Assembly (NCBI GenBank): GCA_965226055.1
Contig: CBDDCA010000006.1
Coordinates: 192,001-256,000, forward strand
Direction of reading: 5' to 3'
From: Spirochaetia bacterium
GTDB lineage: Bacteria; Spirochaetota; Spirochaetia; WTKD01; G963693115
DNA: 64,000 nt
Made by a program: the position numbers and the translations under genes
In this document: in pieces, positions 41,167 to 50,976 of the stretch
How positions within the stretch are numbered: the first letter of the stretch is position 1
Layout of the letters: each line of letters opens with the position of its first letter
The notes under the pieces: generated by a model
Database searches by the model: none
What the model was told of the DNA's origin: nothing
The model's input: only the letters and a program-made list of their open reading frames with translations

Positions 41167-42165
41167 ATGCCTATTATCAATAATAATAAAACTGACCCTA
41201 ATAAAATTCTCCCTATGACCTATCATTGGGCAAGAGAACACTATAAAGAAGGAGTAGCCAATAATTGGACTCCTGAAGAAATTCCTATGCAACAAGATAT
41301 TGAACAATGGAAATCTTCAAATGTATTAAGCGATACCGAACGCAGATTGATATTATGGAACATAGGCTTTTTTTCAACAGCAGAATCCCTTACTGCAAAC
41401 AATATTGTATTAGCAATGTACACTCATATAACGAATCCTGAATGTCGTCAATATATGCTACGCCAAGCATACGAAGAAGCAATACATACTGATACTTTCA
41501 TTTATTGCTGTGATTCACTTGGACTTGACCCTGATACTATTTTTGGTATGTATGAAACAATACCTTCCATAAAAGAGAAGGATGATTTTGTTGTAGAACT
41601 CACAAAAAACGTATTTTCTCCTAACTTTACTACTGTAGGAGATGAAAACATACAACGCTTTGTACACGATCTTATAGGATATTATATTATTATGGAAGGC
41701 ATTTATTTTTATGCTGGATTTGCTATGATGTTAGCATTAAAACGCCAAAATAAAATGATAGGGGTAGGAGAACAGTTTGAGTATATTATGAGAGACGAAA
41801 GTATACACCTTGCATTTGGAGCAAATCTTATCAATACAATTGTTGCAGAAAACCCACAGATATGGACAGAACCATTTAAGCAAGAAATACTCTCTCTTAT
41901 TTCACAAGCAGTAGTACTTGAAAAACAATATGCTGTTGACGCCTGTCCTGAAGGAATACTCGGAATAAATGCTGATCAGTTTTGCAATTATGTTGAACAT
42001 ATTGCAGATAGACGCCTCGAAAGAATACATCTTCCTACACTATACAACAAAGAAAATCCATTTCCATGGATGAGCCAATCTACTGATTTATCAAAAGAGA
42101 AAAATTTCTTTGAAACTCGCGTAACAGAATATCAAGTGGGACAAAAACTAGAATGGGATGAATAA
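41167..42165 (+). CDS. nrdB: Ribonucleotide reductase beta subunit, class Ic-type
   Basis: FFSTAESL, EEAIHTDTF, MEG.YF, RDESIH, NFFETRV.EY. Confidence 0.95.
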   Translation: MPIINNNKTDPNKILPMTYHWAREHYKEGVANNWTPEEIPMQQDIEQWKSSNVLSDTERRLILWNIGFFSTAESLTANNIVLAMYTHITNPECRQYMLRQAYEEAIHTDTFIYCCDSLGLDPDTIFGMYETIPSIKEKDDFVVELTKNVFSPNFTTVGDENIQRFVHDLIGYYIIMEGIYFYAGFAMMLALKRQNKMIGVGEQFEYIMRDESIHLAFGANLINTIVAENPQIWTEPFKQEILSLISQAVVLEKQYAVDACPEGILGINADQFCNYVEHIADRRLERIHLPTLYNKENPFPWMSQSTDLSKEKNFFETRVTEYQVGQKLEWDE

Positions 42166-42174
42166 TACATAGCA

Positions 42175-43263
42175 CTACCCTACAGTGTTCTTGTACCACT
42201 CATAGGTAGCACTAATCCCTTCTTCAATACTTGTGGTAGGTGTCCATCCAAAAGTTTGCATTCTTTCTATATCTGATAGTTTGACAAGAGTACCATCAGG
42301 TTTCGATATATCGTACCTAAACTCACCAGTATACCCTACCTGCTCTTTTATACATTCTGCTAACTCTGTAATACTATAATCAGTCCCTGAGCCAATATTA
42401 AGATGCGTGTTGCGAATCTCTGTTGTATTGTCTTTCGTATTGATTTTTGTATTGGGATGGCCTCTCTTATGTACTATCATCGAAAAATCAATATGCTTCA
42501 TAATATGAAGACATGCCTGTGCCATGTCCTCAATATAGAGTAAATCACGACGCGGTTTTCCACTACCCCATATTTCTACTGTATCTTTATGTACCCCTAT
42601 GGAGCTAAGTATTTCCTGTGCTTGCTCTTTCTTTATAGCCCCTACATTGTTTTGTATAGCATCCCACTTATTGTGTTGCAATAAATATGCTAAATATATT
42701 TTGCGTAACAAAGCAGGCAATACATGTGATGTCTTAAAATCAAAATTATCGTGTGGACCATACAGATTAGTGGGCATAGCAGTAACAAAATTAGTACCAT
42801 ACTGTATGTTATAGCTTTCACACATTTTTATACCAGCAATTTTTGCTATAGCATAGGGTTCATTTGTATACTCTAAGGGGGCCGTAAGTAAATATTCTTC
42901 CTTAATTGGTTGTAAGGTCTGTTTTGGATAAATACAGGTACTGCCTAAGAGCAGTAATTTTTTCACTCCTACTGCATAACATTGTTCAATAACATTACTT
43001 TGAATCATAATGTTTTTATAGATAAAATCAGCTCGATATATGTTGTTTGCTAAAATGCCTCCCACCTTTGCTGCAGCAAGAAAGACATACTCAGGCTTTT
43101 CTTTTTCAAAGAATTTCCGTGTTGCTTGCTGATTACATAAATCAAGCTCTTGGTGTGTTTTTACAATAATGTTTGTATACCCCTGCTGTTGCAAAGCAAT
43201 ATACAAAGCACTTCCCACTAATCCTCTGTGTCCTGCTATATAAATTTTACTTGTCTTTTCCAT
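42175..43263 (-). CDS. fcl: GDP-L-fucose synthase
   Basis: AGHRGLVGSA, AAAKVGGI, YAIAK, PTNLYG, KPDG. Confidence 0.95.
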   Translation of the reverse strand: MEKTSKIYIAGHRGLVGSALYIALQQQGYTNIIVKTHQELDLCNQQATRKFFEKEKPEYVFLAAAKVGGILANNIYRADFIYKNIMIQSNVIEQCYAVGVKKLLLLGSTCIYPKQTLQPIKEEYLLTAPLEYTNEPYAIAKIAGIKMCESYNIQYGTNFVTAMPTNLYGPHDNFDFKTSHVLPALLRKIYLAYLLQHNKWDAIQNNVGAIKKEQAQEILSSIGVHKDTVEIWGSGKPRRDLLYIEDMAQACLHIMKHIDFSMIVHKRGHPNTKINTKDNTTEIRNTHLNIGSGTDYSITELAECIKEQVGYTGEFRYDISKPDGTLVKLSDIERMQTFGWTPTTSIEEGISATYEWYKNTVG

Positions 43264-43344
43264 GCTATTCTACTATCTACATGTATGTATTTTTATGATA
43301 CCTATACATAGCCATTGTATTTCTCTTACTCATAATCATATATA

Positions 43345-44484
43345 TCATTCATAAAAATTACGAATAGAATACCCTCCATCTTTAATAAAGAGTTCTTTTT
43401 TCATAAGATTTATATCATACTCCATCATTTCATTGATTAAATCTTGCATATTGTACTCTGGATACCATCCAAGCTCATTATTTGCTTTTGAAGGATCTCC
43501 TAACAACAACTCTACTTCGGTTGGACGATAATATCGCTTATCGACTTTAATGACTACATCCCCTCTTGCAAGCTGAAACTCGGACTGAAGAGTAAGCTCG
43601 TCTACTCTCTGCGTATCTATATGAGCTACTACCGCAGTTTCTTCCTCTCCTTTTCCTTCAAAGGCAAGTTCTACTCCTACATATGCAAAAGCAAGTTTCA
43701 AAAAATCGCGTACCGAACATGTTTTTCCTGTGGCAACAACCCAATCATCAGGAGATGAATGCTGCATCATCATCCACATAGCACGAACATAATCTTTTGC
43801 ATGCCCCCAATCTCTTTTTGCATCAAGGTTTCCTAAATAACAGCATTTTTGCAATCCTAATATGATACGTGCTATTGCTCGTGTTATTTTTCGTGTAACA
43901 AATACCTCACCTCGCCTAGGACTCTCATGATTAAAGAGTATTCCATTACAAGCAAACATATTGTACGCTTCACGATAGTTTACGGTAATCCAATAGGCAT
44001 ATAGCTTTGCAACTCCGTAGGGAGATCGCGGATAAAATGGAGTACTTTCTTTCTGTGGCACTTCTTGTACCAGACCATACAACTCACTTGTACTTGCTTG
44101 ATAAAACTTACTTTGCAGACCTAACGATCGTATAGCTTCCAACATACGCAAAGTACCTAAAGCGTCCGCATTTGCAGTATATTCTGGTGTTTCAAAACTA
44201 ACCTTCACATGGCTTTGAGCAGCAAGATTATATATTTCATCGGGCTGTACTTGCTGTAAGATGTTAGTGATATTAAGGCTATCAGTCATATCTCCATAAT
44301 GGAGTATAAATCTTCTATTATCGACATGAGGATCTTTATATAAATAATCTATTCTCTCTGTATTGATTTGCGAAGATCGTCTCTTTATTCCATGAACAAC
44401 ATACTCTTTTTTCAACAAAAAATCTGCAAGATAGGACCCGTCTTGTCCTGTAATTCCAGTGATGATAGCAATTTTTTTACTCAC
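43345..44484 (-). CDS. gmd: GDP-mannose 4,6-dehydratase
   Basis: [35 protein letters not shown]. Confidence 0.97.
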   Translation of the reverse strand: MSKKIAIITGITGQDGSYLADFLLKKEYVVHGIKRRSSQINTERIDYLYKDPHVDNRRFILHYGDMTDSLNITNILQQVQPDEIYNLAAQSHVKVSFETPEYTANADALGTLRMLEAIRSLGLQSKFYQASTSELYGLVQEVPQKESTPFYPRSPYGVAKLYAYWITVNYREAYNMFACNGILFNHESPRRGEVFVTRKITRAIARIILGLQKCCYLGNLDAKRDWGHAKDYVRAMWMMMQHSSPDDWVVATGKTCSVRDFLKLAFAYVGVELAFEGKGEEETAVVAHIDTQRVDELTLQSEFQLARGDVVIKVDKRYYRPTEVELLLGDPSKANNELGWYPEYNMQDLINEMMEYDINLMKKELFIKDGGYSIRNFYE

Positions 44485-44546
44485 CTTATTAGTGTACTAT
44501 ATGCTATATTTAAGAGCAATATGTGTGTTTCCACATCATAAGATAA

Positions 44547-45059
44547 CTATTTATTTTGTAATCCCAGACGATAAATCATTGCTTTTTTAGAAACTTCAAA
44601 TGTATCAGCTAGATAAGGAATTACAATATCTTGATTTTGTATGAGCTCTAATTTCAGATTTTTTATTTTCTCTAAATATTCATGTATTTTATGTGTAGGC
44701 ATAATAATATTACTTGCTAATCTATTAGCTTCTAATTCTATTTCATTAGAAAGCCCACTCCTATATAAAGCATTTTCATTTATTCCATCTCCAATTTCTT
44801 TTCTATGTAAGAAATAATGAGCTAACTCATGAGCTAGAGTAAACCGCTGTCTTGTATGTGGGTGTAATACACTAACAATTATCTCATAGTCGTTGTCTTC
44901 TCTTCTTATAATTTTTCCTGACAAGCTATCTATATACTTATAGAAAACTTTTATTCCATAATAATCTGCTATTTCTTCTAAATTTACTGGAGTAGAATCT
45001 AATAATGAATCTTTTTTTAACAGTTCTAATATTTCTCTCATTTCTTTTATTTTATTCAT
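44547..45059 (-). CDS. ImmA/IrrE family zinc metallopeptidase
   Basis: RQRFTLAHELAH, E.EAN.LA..I.MP, LA..F.VS..A..YRL. Confidence 0.9.
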   Translation of the reverse strand: MNKIKEMREILELLKKDSLLDSTPVNLEEIADYYGIKVFYKYIDSLSGKIIRREDNDYEIIVSVLHPHTRQRFTLAHELAHYFLHRKEIGDGINENALYRSGLSNEIELEANRLASNIIMPTHKIHEYLEKIKNLKLELIQNQDIVIPYLADTFEVSKKAMIYRLGLQNK

Positions 45060-45111
45060 TGAAGTAAACCTCCTAAATAATTATATATCAGAATTCATCA
45101 TCATTGCAGTT

Positions 45112-45552
45112 CTATATATCCCCAAAACCTTCATATACGCTGGCATTTATTTTTTCTCTTTGGTTATATTTTTTTTCTATTTTATTGTTTAGATCTTTTT
45201 CAATTCTTTTTCGCATTTCTTCTGTATCTTTTGCAATTCTTTTTTGCATTTCTCCTAATACTTTCATGCTTACTGATGTTTCTATTCTGTTATGTATTTC
45301 TTTCCATCCTATAATACCAAGTGCACCTATGCCTAAAGCAAAAGAACCTATAAGTATTTGTAATAAGGTTATTTGTAAACTTATTGCATCAACACTATTA
45401 AAATCATCATAATTACTATTATCAAAATGATCATATGCAGTTTTTATAGTGAAATAGAACATTCCTACCAAACTTAAGAAAAGTATTATTATCGCTATAC
45501 TAACAATAAAAGAAATTCCATTTTGTTTTTCATCTTTATTTTCTATACTCAT
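45112..45552 (-). CDS. Two-TM membrane protein with C-terminal coiled coil
   Basis: Two hydrophobic segments, charged tail. Confidence 0.7.
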   Translation of the reverse strand: MSIENKDEKQNGISFIVSIAIIILFLSLVGMFYFTIKTAYDHFDNSNYDDFNSVDAISLQITLLQILIGSFALGIGALGIIGWKEIHNRIETSVSMKVLGEMQKRIAKDTEEMRKRIEKDLNNKIEKKYNQREKINASVYEGFGDI

Positions 45553-45924
45553 ATTATATTTATTCTCCCGTTATCTCTAAATCACAAAAAACCAAGTAAA
45601 TAAGTAAATAACATAATATTCTCTCATTCTATATTAATATTGTAACATAGTTGTAAGTAAAATGTAATTAAAAATCTTATTTTTTTTGTATCAACACAGA
45701 GAGATAGCTTAAGATTTTAATTATATACTTAGGTTTATCCGTATAAAGAATACTTGAATTTGCATAACTTTGATTGCATATTTGTGCTGAACATAATAGA
45801 TTTTTTATAAATTACTCTAGTCTGCTTTTATACATAATTCCTGTATTTATAAAGTTGGAGTATTACTCTCTTGTATACTCTATCAAAAATGCCTTAGAAA
45901 CACTTTTTTACTACTCTTGAGGTT

Positions 45925-45960
45925 CTATAGCAAGAAAGGAGCTATCCTTTCTTGCTATAG
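45925..45960. terminator. 16-bp perfect stem-loop downstream of the large lipoprotein gene
   Basis: ctatagcaagaaagga-gcta-tcctttcttgctatag. Confidence 0.7.
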
Positions 45961-45979
45961 GTTGTATTGCTACACTATG

Positions 45980-48900
45980 CTATGATGTACATGCTGGATC
46001 ATTTTTACCAGCTAATGCCTGCGGGTACTGGCTTGTTTTGCCTGCCATAGCTGAACCTTGGAAATCAATGGCAAATAATTTTCCTATTTTACATAATTCC
46101 CATGATGATAAATCTTGATCAAATGCACTAGCGTTACCAAACATAGCACCCACAGAAGTAACATTCTTTACATTCCAGTTGCTTATGTCTTGATTAAAAG
46201 CAGTAGCATTACCAAACATAACAGTCATAAATGCAACTTTGCTCACATTCCAGTTTCCTATATCTTTATTAAAGGTACTTGCATTCAAAAACATATTACT
46301 CATAGTAGTAACACTACTTACATCCCAGTTTCCTATGTCTTGATTAAAAGCAGCAGCTTTGAAAAACATAGTATCCATACTCGTTACGCTACTTGTATTC
46401 CACTGTGTTATGTCTCCATTAAAAGTACTATCACTATCAAATAATTGAATCATATCAGTAATGGCACTCGTATCTATCATGTTGAGGTTGGGGCTAGGGT
46501 TACTGTTTCCTCCTGAACCTTGCCTTGTCTTTTCTTCACTGATAATAGTTTGTAGTGCTGATTTTGTTGTTGGTCTGTAATAGGCTTCTGCTTTTCCTGA
46601 TGGTGCTGTTCTTAGCTCTGTCTGTATAACGATAGTTGCTGGTACTTTTTTCTTTGAAGCAGTAAGGGTACACTGTGCTACATCATAGCTATACTCAGTA
46701 ATATTAGGATCACGTATATTGGATTTGTTTGCTATGCCTGTTATGGTAACTGTTTTGCTGTTCTGATCAAACGATACTGTAAGGCCTGTTTCTTGTTTGA
46801 TTTTCTTTGCATCTGCCTCTAGTATGTTTGCATCACAGGTAAAAGCATTGCCACTGGGTGTGCTTGCCAGTACTCTTGTAGTATTTGATGCTAGTGCTGT
46901 GCCTACTTCTGCTGATACTATGCTAGTGTTTCCTATAGATATTCCTCTTGCTTCAAACTCGTGGCGTTCTCCTGTTGATACTTTTGTGTCATCAGTGCTG
47001 TTTACTGCTTGTACTACTATTTCGTAGGTCGTTCCGTTTGTCAAGTTTGTCAGGGTAGTGTTTGTTGTTCCTGCTGCTATATTTTTTGTTGCTGTATTAG
47101 CATTTGCTTTTATCTGTGCTACGCTTCTCGTTGTATCACCACTTTTGGCAATGCTATATACCTTATACGATACCTGTGCTGCTGTTAGGGTAGCTCCTTT
47201 ATTTGTTTTGTGACTTGCACTGAGGCTGGGAGCTGTCCACGATACTCTCATACCTGTTTGGGCTACTCTCGTCTGTATGCTTGTTACTTCTGCAGGGGCA
47301 GTTGCCTGCGATGCGGTTGTTACGCTTGCTACTGTTGAGGAGGCCACTTTTTTGCTTGGGTCTGTTTTTACTGCTACTTCTACCACAAAGTAGTACTTTG
47401 TCGCTCCTTTTATTGCTACTACTGGTGCTGTGTCTGATGACAAGCCTAAACTGGCAAGGGCTGGTACTGTGTACACTCCACTTGTTGCACTGCCTAGGTT
47501 TACTTTTCTGCCTGCAAGTACTTCTGCTACGGTAGCTGTGCCGTCTTTCTGTAAGCCATATACTGTGTATACTAGCTTATCATTTGCTGTTATGCTTGTA
47601 CCATCGTAGTCTTTTGCTCCTGTAAATGTATTTAGCTCGGTAAGTACCAGCTTTATTGTTCCTGCTGTGTTTGTTGACGGTGATACTACTAGCTTTCCTG
47701 TCAGTAATGACTGATTTGGTGCCACTGCTTTGGAAGTATAGATTTCCTTTATTTCTGTTACATCGGTGTAAAAGCCTGCAGGAAAGAGCTTGTCGCTATT
47801 TGTTGCATCGTAATTGGGTGATGTTGTGTTGACTATCCTTACCCCTATGTAGTAATCCTTTGCTGTTTCTATGGGCGTTACTCCTGCATTGCTTCCACTG
47901 GTGCTGTCTACTATTGCTATGGATATTGTGTCTTGAGTTGTTCCTGTTGCTTTTGTGTATTTTGCTACCTTTACACTGCTTTTCTCTATCGCCCACAGAG
48001 CTGATACGCTGGCAGGCTTTCCTGTGGTATCTTCTTTCTTGAGGTATAGCACATAGTACGCAAGGTCTGTCGCTGCAAGAGGAGTACTATCCGCTTTGCT
48101 CACTCCTGCTATAGCTGAGGCGTTTACTTGCACTGTTATGACTTTTTTCCCTCTATTGCTTCCTGTTGTAGGTACTGCAAATACCACTGCATTATTTGTA
48201 GTATAGGTTGTTACTTTTGGTGTGCTTGGGGGAGCAGTAAGTGTTGCTTTCTTTATTGTTACTGATGCTCCTATACTATAGGCGGGATTGAGGCTGTTTA
48301 TTGCTTCTACTCCTGCAGTGTATGTTGCAGCTTTCTTTCCTATAAATCTTACTTGTAAGGTACTGTCTCCTGCTATATTCTGTGTTTGTACTCCTGCAAG
48401 GCCTTTTATTGCCTCTAGTGTTTTTGTGCTGTGGTCTCCTTCTGCTATGTATACTTTGTACTGTATTTGTGCCTGTGTAAGTTTGCTTCCACTGGGTGCT
48501 TTGTTAGTATCAGTAATGTCTCCTGCACTAAATGTATAGACTGCTGTTGCTGTTACTTGTGTTACTGATTCTACAGAGAGCTTTGCATCTTTTGCAGCGG
48601 GCGGTGCTGTTGAGGTACTATCGTATACTGCCACAGTATCGGAAAGAGTAGTTACAGGACTTACTATGTTATTTGCTATTGTCAAAAAGGTAAAGCGATA
48701 ATTCTTGGCATTTGCTTGTACCTTAGGTACTTCTAAGCCATCTGCTATCCCAAAAGTAATGGCTGTTACACTTCCTGTTATGCTTTTTTCTGCTACCAGT
48801 GTAGCTCCATCGTACATACGCAAGGTATAGTATCGTCCTATGCCTGGAGCTTGCTTAAAGGTTGCTTTTATTTGTATTGCTCCTGTTGTGTCTAAGCTAG

Positions 48901-50695
48901 GCTTGTTTTGAAAAAGATCTTCTGACGGAGCTGTGGGTTGCGGAGTAGTTATGTCTTTTGTTGCTTGTGTGCTTTTGTTTCCTGCATAGTCTATTGCTTG
49001 TATTGTTATGGTGTATGTTTTTCCTTGTGTGAGTTCTTCTACAGAGAGCGATGTTATGGGATAGGGTATTTTCTTCTCGCTCAGTACTGTGGTGCTTGTG
49101 CCTTTTTCTGCTATGCTCACGCTGTATTCTTTTATGTCTTTGTTATTGGCTTTTGTTGTATCGGGGGCTGTCCATGTTATCTGTGTGCCTATCTTTGTGG
49201 GTGATACAAAAGGATAGCTTGCTTGTATGCTTGTTACTGCATCGGGGGCGGTGCCATCATCTACTGTGGTGGTGGTTGCTGTTATTTTTGCTCCTTTGTT
49301 GCCTGTGTAATCTTGTGACTGTACTGCTATGCTGTATTCAGTGGTAGCTTTTAGTCCTGTTATCTGCGTGTTTCTTAGTGTTCTCTCTGTTATTGTTACT
49401 GTCTTTGCTGTTGTTGTTGTGCTGTCTTTTTCTGTTACTGTTATAGTCACTCCTGCATAGTCTCTTACATCGGGGGCTTGCCAGCCTACTACTATGCTTG
49501 TTGCTCCTCCTACTGCACTCACATTGCTTACAGGCTCTGTGCTTTTGTCTGTTGTTGCTTGTTCTTTTGACACTGCAGTGGAGTACTTTCCATTTTTAGA
49601 AACATACACTTCTACTTTGTAAGTAAGCGTGCCGTAGAGTTTTGTGAGGGCTATGCCATCTTTTGCTACATACACAGTGGCGTACTCTTGGTTGTCTGCA
49701 CTTGCAGAGCTGAGTTTGGCTGTACTGCTATTGCTCACTGTTTCGTATGCTATGAGAGTATTTGTTGCTGTTGCTATCACGCGTACTTGCAGACTTTTGT
49801 CTGTAAAGGTAAAGCTCCCCCACTGAATAAGCAGGCTTTCATCGGCTGGGCTATTGCTTTTATCGTTTGCTGTTACTGTAAGGTCTGATGCGGAAAGTGG
49901 CGTTACTGTCTGTGAGAGTGCTGATGGCACTATGCCTCTGAGTGCTTGCTTTGCCGTGCTTTCGTTGCCATTGCTATCTCTGTATACTACCACTACATCA
50001 TAGCTTATGCCGTCTATAGTAGGGACAGCAATAGTTACTTCTCCTTGTGTTACATCTTGTACTGTTACTTCTTTTTTTACATTAGTGGTGCTTTCTATCA
50101 CCTGTACTATGGCTTCGGCTATGTCTGTTTTGCCTGACGAGAGCAGTGCTTTGTCCCATGTTATCTTTATGCCATTTGTTGCTTTCGTCACTGCTACCTT
50201 GTTGAAGGTATCTTGAGGTTTCGTTGTATCTGTCAATGTTGTCACAGAGCGGGTTGTTTTTGGTGATACTTCTGTATCTGACTTCTGGGCTTCTATCTCT
50301 ACAGTATAATCGGTAGTGGCATGCAAGCCTCTGAGTACATAGGGTCTGTTTTGTTGAAACAATGTACGATATTCTATTGCAGGAACACGCACCTGTATAG
50401 ATTGTGCTGGTGTTGTTGATGTAGCTTTTACAACTACATGCGTAGCATCGCTGGGAGCTTCCCAGCGTAACGAGAGCGTCCCATCGTTGCCTGCTGCTTG
50501 TATCTGCACATTGGACACTGATGCAAGTGTCGGGGTTATTGGTGTCCCCCCTCCGCCTGAGGAACTACTGCTACTCTCTGCACATCCTACGAGTACGAGG
50601 GTAGTTATTGCTAGCACTAAAAATAGTGCAACAACTATAAATATGTTCAGCTTACTATTTATCTGATAGTTTAGTTTTTCATTACTTTTTTTCAT
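45980..50695 (-). CDS. Large surface lipoprotein: fibronectin-III repeats plus C-terminal DUF285/BspA-like repeats
   Basis: Lipobox LVGC; W.AP...L...T.Y...V.A FN3 motifs; FNQDIGNWDVSSVTTM..MF 25-aa repeats. Confidence 0.88.
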   Translation of the reverse strand: MKKSNEKLNYQINSKLNIFIVVALFLVLAITTLVLVGCAESSSSSSGGGGTPITPTLASVSNVQIQAAGNDGTLSLRWEAPSDATHVVVKATSTTPAQSIQVRVPAIEYRTLFQQNRPYVLRGLHATTDYTVEIEAQKSDTEVSPKTTRSVTTLTDTTKPQDTFNKVAVTKATNGIKITWDKALLSSGKTDIAEAIVQVIESTTNVKKEVTVQDVTQGEVTIAVPTIDGISYDVVVVYRDSNGNESTAKQALRGIVPSALSQTVTPLSASDLTVTANDKSNSPADESLLIQWGSFTFTDKSLQVRVIATATNTLIAYETVSNSSTAKLSSASADNQEYATVYVAKDGIALTKLYGTLTYKVEVYVSKNGKYSTAVSKEQATTDKSTEPVSNVSAVGGATSIVVGWQAPDVRDYAGVTITVTEKDSTTTTAKTVTITERTLRNTQITGLKATTEYSIAVQSQDYTGNKGAKITATTTTVDDGTAPDAVTSIQASYPFVSPTKIGTQITWTAPDTTKANNKDIKEYSVSIAEKGTSTTVLSEKKIPYPITSLSVEELTQGKTYTITIQAIDYAGNKSTQATKDITTPQPTAPSEDLFQNKPSLDTTGAIQIKATFKQAPGIGRYYTLRMYDGATLVAEKSITGSVTAITFGIADGLEVPKVQANAKNYRFTFLTIANNIVSPVTTLSDTVAVYDSTSTAPPAAKDAKLSVESVTQVTATAVYTFSAGDITDTNKAPSGSKLTQAQIQYKVYIAEGDHSTKTLEAIKGLAGVQTQNIAGDSTLQVRFIGKKAATYTAGVEAINSLNPAYSIGASVTIKKATLTAPPSTPKVTTYTTNNAVVFAVPTTGSNRGKKVITVQVNASAIAGVSKADSTPLAATDLAYYVLYLKKEDTTGKPASVSALWAIEKSSVKVAKYTKATGTTQDTISIAIVDSTSGSNAGVTPIETAKDYYIGVRIVNTTSPNYDATNSDKLFPAGFYTDVTEIKEIYTSKAVAPNQSLLTGKLVVSPSTNTAGTIKLVLTELNTFTGAKDYDGTSITANDKLVYTVYGLQKDGTATVAEVLAGRKVNLGSATSGVYTVPALASLGLSSDTAPVVAIKGATKYYFVVEVAVKTDPSKKVASSTVASVTTASQATAPAEVTSIQTRVAQTGMRVSWTAPSLSASHKTNKGATLTAAQVSYKVYSIAKSGDTTRSVAQIKANANTATKNIAAGTTNTTLTNLTNGTTYEIVVQAVNSTDDTKVSTGERHEFEARGISIGNTSIVSAEVGTALASNTTRVLASTPSGNAFTCDANILEADAKKIKQETGLTVSFDQNSKTVTITGIANKSNIRDPNITEYSYDVAQCTLTASKKKVPATIVIQTELRTAPSGKAEAYYRPTTKSALQTIISEEKTRQGSGGNSNPSPNLNMIDTSAITDMIQLFDSDSTFNGDITQWNTSSVTSMDTMFFKAAAFNQDIGNWDVSSVTTMSNMFLNASTFNKDIGNWNVSKVAFMTVMFGNATAFNQDISNWNVKNVTSVGAMFGNASAFDQDLSSWELCKIGKLFAIDFQGSAMAGKTSQYPQALAGKNDPACTS

Positions 50696-50903
50696 AATGT
50701 TCTCCTTATAATTATCTATTTATTGTATAATTGCCATTATACACAGTACACAAGTATCATTATAGCAAAAATACTATTTTTTGTGTTATGTCTGAAAATT
50801 AAAAAAAAAAAAAATACACTGGATTACACAAAAATGCATAGCAAAAAGTGATAATAATGCTACAATAGAGATGCTATGAACAAAAAGGAAAGCACACAAA
50901 CTG

Positions 50904-50960
50904 CACGAATTCAAGGAACAAAAAAGAGCAAGGAAAATAAAAATTAGTCCTTGAATCTGC
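50904..50960 (+). mobile_element. Miniature IS30 deletion derivative (MITE-like)
   Basis: cacgaattcaagga...ttagtccttgaatctgc matches both ends of the IS30 at 14477-15557. Confidence 0.7.
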
Positions 50961-50976
50961 GGGATATGGTATCTGT

